Assembly: GCF_040548825.1 (NCBI RefSeq)
Contig: NZ_JBEPSL010000002.1
Span: 486,404-518,403, forward strand
DNA: 32,000 bases
Origin: Pedobacter africanus
GTDB taxonomy: Bacteria > Bacteroidota > Bacteroidia > Sphingobacteriales > Sphingobacteriaceae
Direction: 5' to 3'
Of the stretch, positions 25,323 through 32,000 are shown piece after piece. The notes beneath the pieces were generated by a model. That model saw only the letters and a program-made list of their open reading frames with translations, was not told the origin of the DNA and searched no databases. Each line of letters starts with the position of its first letter. Within the stretch, counting starts at the first letter, position 1. The position numbers were made by a program, and so were the translations under genes.

Positions 25323-25330
25323 CAAACCTA
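25323..25330 (-). promoter_or_regulatory. Candidate -7 box (TAGGTTTG) of the susC-like operon
   Basis: Exact TAnnTTTG match on the minus strand, 55 nt upstream of the susC-like ATG. No good -33 element is present. Confidence 0.3.
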
Positions 25331-25360
25331 AATAATACCGGGCTTAAAATGCTATAGAAG

Positions 25361-25404
25361 GCACCCCTACATCGAACACAAAACACCCCTACAACACCTC
25401 TACA
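25361..25404 (-). promoter_or_regulatory. Three phased direct repeats TGTAG(G/A)GGTG upstream of the susC-like gene (candidate activator binding sites)
   Basis: On the plus strand, CACCCCTAC occurs at 25362-25370 and 25384-25392, and CACCTCTAC at 25395-25403, each followed by A. Start-to-start spacings are 22 nt and 11 nt, i.e. two helical turns and one. The repeats sit between the regulator stop (25422) and the candidate -7 box. Confidence 0.5.
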
Positions 25405-25421
25405 AGCACGCTTAAACGGCA

Positions 25422-27029
25422 TTAAAAGGCCTTTAGGAAGTCGTTCAGGTTCTCGCTGGTTGGCAGTTCAAAATGTTTTCTCAGTCGATAACGCGCCATT
25501 TCTACCGACTTCACAGAGATGTTATTGAGGGATGCGATCTCCTTGATAGACAGGTTGAGCCTGATCTGGGCACACAATCGCCGCTCGTTTTGGGTTAAAG
25601 TGGGGAACTTCTGCTGAAGGTTGTAAAAGAAATCCTGGTATTTGGCTTCAATCTGCAGGTTAAAATCTTCGAGGTATTTTTCGCTGTTGACCTCATAACG
25701 GAATTTATTGACCAGCTTATGCAAACGCTGCGGCATATCCTCCGCCCCGCTCTTCTCCAGGGCAAGCAGTTCTTCAATAAAGGCTCCGATCACTTCATTC
25801 CTGTGGGTCATATACATGGAATAGTTTTTCAGCTCTGCATTGTTAAATTCCAGCTTATTGCTCAACAGTTGCTGCTTCATTTCGGCCAGTTCTGCATTTT
25901 TCCTTTGCCGGCTTCTCAGTTTGTTATACAATAAAAAGCCAATGATCAACAGTAAAAGTACTATAATGGCCAGGGTATTGCGCTGGTAAGACCGCATGCT
26001 TTTTTCCAGGTTCAAGGCTTTGATCTGCCGCTCCTTTTCCTGGGCTTCCCGTTTCATGGTTAGCGTTAAGAGTGCGTTGATCTTGTTTTTGGAAAGGAAT
26101 TCCTCACGCACTGCATTGTACTGCTGGATATTTTCATAGGCATGTTTATAATCACCCGTAAGCTGGTACAATTGGGAAAGCACCTTATAATAATCGAGCA
26201 GGTTTTCTTTTTTGGAGTTGGAAGTGGATTGTTGAATATAGGCATGTGCTTTATCGAGTGATGCTTTTCCTTCCTGGTAACGCCCCAGTTTAATCAGCGA
26301 AAAGGCCATTTGGTTGTGAATCTCGGCGAGCGACAATACCCGCCCTGTAGCATGCCGGAGCGAAAGCAGGAAAAAGCGGATGGCCTCTTCGTAGTTATTT
26401 TCATTATTGCTGCTGATGCCCAGGTTATTGTAGGCCGCGCTGATCATCACCTGGTTGTGCTCTTCTTTTGCCTGTGCCAGGACGCTGTTGAAATAGCCGG
26501 CAGCTTTTTTGAACTCATTTTTGAGCTGATAGGTAAGCCCTATCCCATTCAGGGAAACCGATGCTTTCCTTTTTTTGCCTGCCTTTTTGTACAGATTATA
26601 GGCCATGGTATGATATTTCAGTGCAAATTCTGCATTTTCCACATCGTAGTAAGTCCAGCCGAGTATGGTATAAGTATCAGCAATCTGTTCCTGGCTGCCT
26701 TTTTCTTTATAAATTTCCAGCGCATTAAAACCGTATTCCAGTGCCAGATCGTAAATGTCATTGTACAGGTAACCTTCGGCAAGAATCACCAATGCATCGG
26801 CCTCTTCCTGCTTCAATTTATTTTCATAGGCAAGCAGGTAGGCTTTATAGGCGTAGGCAATAGCTTGATTGGTTGCATCCTGGTTTAGCTGCTTGGCTTT
26901 CTTATTTAATGCCGTAATCTTGGCCCTGAGCGAATCCTGGGCAGAAACAGCAGCAGCACCTTTAAGCGGCCCAGCAAAGCAGACGACCCACAGCAGCCCT
27001 ACAAATACAAAAGTTTTTATTTTAAACAT
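25422..27029 (-). CDS. Transmembrane one-component regulator: signal/anchor, periplasmic TPR repeats, one TM helix, cytoplasmic coiled region, C-terminal LuxR/GerE-type HTH
   Basis: 535 aa. N-terminal hydrophobic MFKIKTFVFVGLLWVVCFAG; repeated TPR-like A..Y..A/G patterns across ~300 aa; TM segment LAIIVLLLLIIGFLLY; C-terminal LTQNERRLCAQIRLNLSIKEIASLNNISVKSVEMARYRLRKHF. Confidence 0.8.
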   Translation of the reverse strand: MFKIKTFVFVGLLWVVCFAGPLKGAAAVSAQDSLRAKITALNKKAKQLNQDATNQAIAYAYKAYLLAYENKLKQEEADALVILAEGYLYNDIYDLALEYGFNALEIYKEKGSQEQIADTYTILGWTYYDVENAEFALKYHTMAYNLYKKAGKKRKASVSLNGIGLTYQLKNEFKKAAGYFNSVLAQAKEEHNQVMISAAYNNLGISSNNENNYEEAIRFFLLSLRHATGRVLSLAEIHNQMAFSLIKLGRYQEGKASLDKAHAYIQQSTSNSKKENLLDYYKVLSQLYQLTGDYKHAYENIQQYNAVREEFLSKNKINALLTLTMKREAQEKERQIKALNLEKSMRSYQRNTLAIIVLLLLIIGFLLYNKLRSRQRKNAELAEMKQQLLSNKLEFNNAELKNYSMYMTHRNEVIGAFIEELLALEKSGAEDMPQRLHKLVNKFRYEVNSEKYLEDFNLQIEAKYQDFFYNLQQKFPTLTQNERRLCAQIRLNLSIKEIASLNNISVKSVEMARYRLRKHFELPTSENLNDFLKAF

Positions 27030-27102
27030 TACGACAATTTCCTGCTTCCTTAAAAACTAAAATTACAAGAAATTCATACATGACAGGTATTCTTCCCTGC
27101 AA

Positions 27103-28557
27103 TTATTTATCCACCGGGACCAGCCTATAGACACGGCCAGGACTTTCAACCGAAATGTAGATGAAGCCATCGGGAGACATCCGGACATCCCTTACCCTGC
27201 CAATGTTTTTAAACAGGATTTCTTCTTTAACCACCTTGTTACCTTTAAGCACACTCCTTTGCAAAAATTTAAACCGCAATGAGCCCGACAGCAGGTTGCC
27301 TTTCCAGTTTTTGTATTTGTCACCGGTAACAAAGGCCAGTCCGCTTGGCCCTATGGATGGGATCCAGTAGTGTACAGGTTGCACCATACCGGGTTTAGCT
27401 GTAAGATTACTGATGGGCTTGCCGTTATAGTTGATGCCGTAAGTAATTACCGGCCAGCCGTAATTTTTTCCGGGCTCTTCAATATTGATTTCATCGCCTC
27501 CACGCGGTCCATGTTCATTGGTCCAGATCTTCCCCGTTTCCGGATGAATGGTCATTCCCTGGGGATTGCGGTGTCCGTAATTGTAGATAGAAGCCTCGGC
27601 CCCCGGTGTTTTTAAAAAGGGGTTATCTGCAGGGATGCTGCCATCACTTTTGATGCGGTGAACCTTACCCAGATCGTTCCCTTTAATTTCCTGAGGGTTT
27701 ACTTTTTCATTACCACGTTCACCTACCGAAAAATAAAGGTAGCCATCTTTACCAAACTGCATCCTGGAACCATAATGGTGCTGGGTTCTTGACCAGGGCT
27801 CAGCCACGAAAATGTCCTTCTGTTCTGTCAGCGCATTTCCTTCCAATTTAGCCTGCATAATTGCAGTGGTGGCCAAAACCGCAGCACCTTCATTTTTAAA
27901 TTTTGAATAGGAAAGATAGATTCTTTTGTTTTGAACAAAATCAGGATCCAGAATGACATCCATCAGTCCTCCCTGCCCTCTTGACAGTGCCTCGGGGGCA
28001 CCGCTGATGCTTTGCAGGGTTTTATCGGATTTTACCCGGTAAAATTTACCGTTCCTGTCGGTAACCAGCATTTCCTGTCCGGGCAGAAAGGCCATAGCCC
28101 AGGGAATATCCATGCCCTCGGCCACAAGTTCCAGGCGGATATTCATTTCGGCTGTTTTAAACAGATCAGAAACAGGCTTTTCATTATCCGTATATTTATC
28201 TACATGTTTTATGCCTTCCAGGATATAATTGGCCAGGGCGTTGATTTCCTTATCGCTTAAACTGGCACCAAATGCCGGCATGCCTTCATTCTCATGCCCA
28301 AATTTCACAGACTTAAAGATGTCTTCCTTAGTGTTACCATGTTTCCACTGGCGGTCGACAAACATATCCATCTTTTCGCCATGGCAGCCGGCACAATAAG
28401 TTTTATAGTGAACAGCGGGGTCTGACAAAAACTCAGCGGCCGAAACCGGGTTAAAATCAAGCCCTGTCATATTCGTGTCTTCTTCGGGACTGACGAAGCT
28501 AAAACCAATTATCGTAATTAACCCGGCAGAAACCAGGGTACCAATACTTTTAAGCAT
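27103..28557 (-). CDS. Cytochrome c domain fused to a PQQ-dependent sugar dehydrogenase (soluble glucose/sorbosone dehydrogenase family beta-propeller), membrane-anchored or secreted
   Basis: The ATG at 28557 gives MLKSIGTLVSAGLITIIGFSF; the track start at 28563 is a TTG. Heme-c motif YCAGCHGEK with a downstream MPAF. sGDH-family motifs: PWAMAFLP, GGLMDVILDPDF, YGHRNPQGM and HGPRGGDEIN. Confidence 0.85.
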   Translation of the reverse strand: MLKSIGTLVSAGLITIIGFSFVSPEEDTNMTGLDFNPVSAAEFLSDPAVHYKTYCAGCHGEKMDMFVDRQWKHGNTKEDIFKSVKFGHENEGMPAFGASLSDKEINALANYILEGIKHVDKYTDNEKPVSDLFKTAEMNIRLELVAEGMDIPWAMAFLPGQEMLVTDRNGKFYRVKSDKTLQSISGAPEALSRGQGGLMDVILDPDFVQNKRIYLSYSKFKNEGAAVLATTAIMQAKLEGNALTEQKDIFVAEPWSRTQHHYGSRMQFGKDGYLYFSVGERGNEKVNPQEIKGNDLGKVHRIKSDGSIPADNPFLKTPGAEASIYNYGHRNPQGMTIHPETGKIWTNEHGPRGGDEINIEEPGKNYGWPVITYGINYNGKPISNLTAKPGMVQPVHYWIPSIGPSGLAFVTGDKYKNWKGNLLSGSLRFKFLQRSVLKGNKVVKEEILFKNIGRVRDVRMSPDGFIYISVESPGRVYRLVPVDK

Positions 28558-28633
28558 AGACAAAATGAGTGATTAACCATTAGCGGTACTGAAAATACAA
28601 ATTATCTGTTAAAAATTACGATCGGATGCTTAT

Positions 28634-30040
28634 TTATACAGATTCTCGGTCGGAAGCCATTTGTTCCGGTTCCAGATAGGCTCCTTTTTCCAGGAGCTCT
28701 GCCTGAAGCTCCTTTGCATCCAGTTGCGATGGCTGAATTTGTTTGCGGATAGCCAGTTTTGCAGCTCTTCCTGCCGCTTCGCCCATGGCCATACAGGGGG
28801 CCATAACCCGGATGGCCGACATGGCTTCGTGTGTAGTGGAGATGCAGCGTCCGGCTACGATCAGATTCTCTACCTGTTTGGGGATTAAACAGCGATATGG
28901 GATGTCATAGCTATCGCCGCACCAGGTCAGTGTACACCCTCCTCCTTCCGGGTGATGGATATCCAAGGGATAGCTGGCAACGGCAATGGCGTCTTCGAAT
29001 CTGCGGCAGCCCAAAATATCTTCAGCAGTTAAAGTATACTGCCCGGTTATGCGACGTGTTTCCCTGATGCCTAAAAACGGGGCCATTTTGGTAAAAACAG
29101 CTTTCCCGAAACCAGGTACATATTCCCTCAGATAACGCTGGATCTCCTCTACCTGTTTACGCCCTTCAACCTCGCCGTGGGTCAAACTTTCGGGATCAGT
29201 GCCATCTACGCCGTTAATCCTGGACATATTTACCCAAACTTCTCCTTCACGTAAACCGGTAATTAATATGGTACGCTCTACCGGCAAATGATATCCCGCT
29301 TCACGGGCCTTTTCCATGACACTTCGTAATCCCACCACAATAAACTGATTATTCTGACCAAAATATTCGCTGGGAATAAAATCGGTAAGATAGGTTCGTG
29401 GCTCCTGGGCAATAGACATCCTTAATTTTTCTGTGTCTACGCCCCCCATACAAAACATTAAAGTTGGGGGTTGTGCACCGCCTGTCTCATTTCCCTGTTC
29501 ACATGGAACACCGGCCTTAAAAGCCACGTCTGCATCGCCGGTACAATCGATAACCGTTTTGGCGAGGATGACTTCCCTACCTGATTTGCTTTCTACAATC
29601 ACCCCTTTTAACTGATTTCCTTCTTTAACAACCCCCACACAAAAAGTGTACAGCAAAACATTTACGCCGGCCGCCAGCAACATATCCAGACCGATATTTT
29701 TAACAGCTTCGGGCTCTACCAGGGTTAAACTCATGTGCAAGGGACATGGCCTGTGTTCACTAGCTGCACCAACGGCCTTAAGCCGGTCAATAAACTGTTG
29801 CGGAATGCCTTTAATGATCTGGTTCCCCTTTTGCCCCAGGAAACCCAATATCGGCAAGCCGATGGTCATGTTGCCCCCCACAAAACTCCTGCTGTCTATC
29901 AGCATTACCTTCAACCCGTCTTCTGCAGCAGCCTGGGCTGCTGTAATTCCGGCAGGTCCGCCACCAACCACCAACACATCTACTTCTACACGCACAGGAA
30001 GTTCCCTGGCTGGCTCCGTTATTGTCGTTATATTCTTCAT
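28634..30040 (-). CDS. FAD-dependent oxidoreductase (FAD_oxidored/GidA-like family), cytoplasmic
   Basis: Rossmann dinucleotide motif DVLVVGGGPAGITAAQAAAEDG. The track start at 30127 is a GTG and would overlap the MFS gene by 61 nt. Candidate ATG starts are 30067 (TGATG overlap with the MFS stop), 30058 and 30040. The start is uncertain by up to 27 nt. Confidence 0.8.
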   Translation of the reverse strand: MKNITTITEPARELPVRVEVDVLVVGGGPAGITAAQAAAEDGLKVMLIDSRSFVGGNMTIGLPILGFLGQKGNQIIKGIPQQFIDRLKAVGAASEHRPCPLHMSLTLVEPEAVKNIGLDMLLAAGVNVLLYTFCVGVVKEGNQLKGVIVESKSGREVILAKTVIDCTGDADVAFKAGVPCEQGNETGGAQPPTLMFCMGGVDTEKLRMSIAQEPRTYLTDFIPSEYFGQNNQFIVVGLRSVMEKAREAGYHLPVERTILITGLREGEVWVNMSRINGVDGTDPESLTHGEVEGRKQVEEIQRYLREYVPGFGKAVFTKMAPFLGIRETRRITGQYTLTAEDILGCRRFEDAIAVASYPLDIHHPEGGGCTLTWCGDSYDIPYRCLIPKQVENLIVAGRCISTTHEAMSAIRVMAPCMAMGEAAGRAAKLAIRKQIQPSQLDAKELQAELLEKGAYLEPEQMASDRESV

Positions 30041-30066
30041 ATCAAACACTTTATTCATAAAAATCA

Positions 30067-31320
30067 TCAGGTCGTTTCCAATTTTACAACTGCACCCGCA
30101 GGTTTTTCCTTTCTTACCATTGTCCACAAAATCAGCACGGCCAGGGGATGCAGAAAGGCCATTGCAATAAATATATTCCCGGCACCCAGTGTGCCCATAA
30201 ACTGACCTACAAAATAGTTAAAGCCTACAGCACCAAGCGCGCCAAAACCACCTGCTATACCCAATACGCTGGCTACATTTTTTACAGGAAAAGCTTCGGC
30301 AATGACTACGCTTATGGTAAACAGCCAGCTTAAGCAGGCAACTGCCACGATACTAAAGATAAACAGGGTAACAAACGGGCTGGGCAGATAAGGCGTAAGC
30401 ACGCAGAGTGGCGCAAACGCCGCTACGCAGCTAAGCATTACCTTACGGGCTTTTAAAGGTTCTTTTCCCTTTCTTACCATACGGTCTGACCAGGCAGCGG
30501 TTGCAATTGCGCCCAGATCGGCAACCAAAAATGGGATCCAGCCAAACATTCCCATTTGTGCAAGCGAAAACCCCGACTGCTCCTGTAAATAACCCGGAAG
30601 CCAGAAAAGGCAGAAATACCATACCGGATCACTTACAAAACGGATCAGCAAAATACCCCACAGGCTCTTTCTTCCCCACAGCTGTTTCCAGCTAAAAGCT
30701 GGTGTTTCTTCCGGGCTGGGAGTTCCTGAAATTGCCAAAGTGACCTCAGCAGGGGGATTTCGGTATATGATGATCCACAAAAGTGCGATAATAAGTCCAA
30801 CAGCCCCTGCTACCATAAAAACTGTATGCCAGTTATAAGTAATGGCCAACCAGGCCACCAGCGGTGGTGCTATAATCGCACCGATTGAACTGCCGGCTAC
30901 GCATAAACTGTTTGCAGTTGCCCTTAGCTTGCCAGGAAACCAAACCGCAACCACTTTTAACTGGGCCGGAAAATTGGTTGGCTCTGCCATTCCAAGCAGG
31001 CCACGAAAAAAAGTAAACTGGCCGAAGGTCCGCGAAATCCCTCCCCCTATACAGGCGAGCGACCAGCCAATGATGCCTGCAAACATCACCCGCTTTGCAC
31101 CAAACTTATCAACCAACCAACCCGATACAGGATACATTGCAGCATAACAAATGGTAAAGATGTTCAGTACAAGTGCGTAGCCATTGTCATTAAGCGCAAA
31201 TTCTTTCTTGAGTACAGGCTTAAGGATAGAAACAATCTGCCTGTCGAAATAATTAAATACAATGGCTAAAAATATGATAAAAATAATAAACCAACGCCGC
31301 GTATTTGGTAAGAATGACAT
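30067..31320 (-). CDS. MFS transporter, anion:cation symporter type (hexuronate/aldonate ExuT/DgoT-like)
   Basis: 417 aa with ~12 hydrophobic helices. The N-terminal pattern WFIIFIIFLAIVFNYFDRQIVSILKPVLKKEF is typical of the ExuT/DgoT-like subfamily. Confidence 0.88.
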   Translation of the reverse strand: MSFLPNTRRWFIIFIIFLAIVFNYFDRQIVSILKPVLKKEFALNDNGYALVLNIFTICYAAMYPVSGWLVDKFGAKRVMFAGIIGWSLACIGGGISRTFGQFTFFRGLLGMAEPTNFPAQLKVVAVWFPGKLRATANSLCVAGSSIGAIIAPPLVAWLAITYNWHTVFMVAGAVGLIIALLWIIIYRNPPAEVTLAISGTPSPEETPAFSWKQLWGRKSLWGILLIRFVSDPVWYFCLFWLPGYLQEQSGFSLAQMGMFGWIPFLVADLGAIATAAWSDRMVRKGKEPLKARKVMLSCVAAFAPLCVLTPYLPSPFVTLFIFSIVAVACLSWLFTISVVIAEAFPVKNVASVLGIAGGFGALGAVGFNYFVGQFMGTLGAGNIFIAMAFLHPLAVLILWTMVRKEKPAGAVVKLETT

Positions 31321-31546
31321 GTTGCAACCCCTTTAATTATATATCTGGTTAGTGCGTCGTATTTGAAAGTGCTCACAACATCCAAAAATACAAAGCATCA
31401 TAAAGTAAGTGAATTAAACAATTCAAAACAAAATAAAATAAAAATAAACATTTTGAAATGAAATCTATGATACCTATTGGCAATTAATAGCATGGCACAT
31501 TTAGAAATAATTTTTTAATATTGCTAAACCAGCCAAACTGTATTGT

Positions 31547-32000
31547 ATGCATTCACTAAGCAATCTTGATGATTTTGAACTGATGACCTTATTGAAAGCA
31601 GATCAGGAGCTGGCATTTGCTGAAATTTTCAGGCGTTTTGACAGTTTGCTATATATATACGCATATAAAAAGCTCCAGAATACTGAAGAAGCAAAGGACG
31701 TTGTACAGGAAGTTTTTGTGCAATTGTGGAATGCCAGAAAAGATTTCGTGCTTAAAACCACGCTTCCAGGTTATCTTTATAAATCTGTGTTGAATAAAAT
31801 ATTGAATATCATTGCCCGCAAGCAAAGCGAAACGAAATATATAGCATCGCTACAACATGCCATCAACTCAGATATGGTATCTGCCGATTTTTTAATCCGC
31901 GAAAAAGATATCACGGCATTAATTGAAAAGGAGATCGCAGCACTTCCCCCAAAAATGCGGGAAGTTTTTGAATTGAGAAAAAACCAATACCTGAGTAATA
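31547..32000 (+). CDS. RNA polymerase ECF-type sigma-70 factor (Bacteroidota FecI-like), 3'-truncated by the window edge
   Basis: Not in the supplied track because it has no stop in the window. My own translation from the ATG at 31547: MHSLSNLDDFELMTLLKADQELAFAEIFRRFDSLLYIYAYKKLQNTEEAKDVVQEVFVQLWNARKDF...IAALPPKMREVFELRKNQYLSN. This shows sigma region 2 and the start of region 4. Confidence 0.82.
   Translation, partial: MHSLSNLDDFELMTLLKADQELAFAEIFRRFDSLLYIYAYKKLQNTEEAKDVVQEVFVQLWNARKDFVLKTTLPGYLYKSVLNKILNIIARKQSETKYIASLQHAINSDMVSADFLIREKDITALIEKEIAALPPKMREVFELRKNQYLSN

Noticed and set aside
30068-30127. N-terminal extension of the FAD oxidoreductase ORF containing GKTCGCSCKIG, which looks like a metal or Fe-S motif
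   Set aside because: The extension begins at a GTG and overlaps the MFS gene by 61 nt. ATG starts at 30067, 30058 and 30040 place the Rossmann motif at a normal distance, so the Cys-rich segment is most likely not translated.
31500-31546. TAATATTG upstream of the ECF sigma gene as a -7 box
   Set aside because: It has a mismatch in the TTTG core and no -33 partner, so it is not supportable.
1-32000. Search for CRISPR arrays, IS elements, toxin-antitoxin pairs or known anti-phage cassettes
   Set aside because: By eye I found no repeat-spacer periodicity, terminal inverted repeats, transposase/integrase-like ORFs or recognisable defence-domain proteins. The only nuclease-like candidate (DUF2130) is reported as a finding with appropriate caution.

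Overview
The window reads like a chromosomal segment of a Bacteroidota genome, probably Sphingobacteriia (Pedobacter/Mucilaginibacter-like). That placement is an inference from the SusC/SusD pair, TAnnTTTG-type promoter boxes and overall protein character. I support 23 protein-coding genes (2 doubtful, 2 cut by the window edges) and two identical tandem tRNA-Val(UAC) genes. I saw no rRNA, CRISPR array, transposase, integrase or recognisable phage/defence cassette.

Gene content, left to right:
- 3' part of a large secreted beta-sandwich-repeat protein
- PadR-PspC pair
- an orphan cytosolic protein with a DisA-like diadenylate-cyclase (DAC) domain, sitting behind a TonB-dependent receptor
- a divergent DtxR/MntR-family repressor with a DtxR-box-like operator
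- a DUF2130 (PD-(D/E)xK-like) gene plus a small coupled ORF
- rlmF, 2x tRNA-Val, recO, dgkA
- a 19-kb co-directional minus-strand block: MFS transporter, FAD oxidoreductase, cytochrome-c-fused PQQ sugar dehydrogenase, TPR-TM-LuxR regulator, SusC, SusD, GH2 beta-galactosidase, GH63-like alpha-glucosidase, an APH-kinase/class-III-aminotransferase-fold fusion, and a DUF4440 protein
- the 5' part of an ECF sigma factor

The most interesting hypothesis concerns the SusC/D-GH2-GH63-kinase/phospho-lyase operon. It may be a previously undescribed polysaccharide-utilisation-type locus (PUL) for glucosyl-galactosyl-hydroxylysine, the collagen-type glycan. In that model glycan trimming would be hard-wired to hydroxylysine kinase/phospho-lyase chemistry.

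Secondary leads are the non-canonical DAC protein, the phased 10-mer repeats upstream of susC, and the DtxR-DUF2130 operon. All family calls are by-eye motif recognition; no database search was possible.
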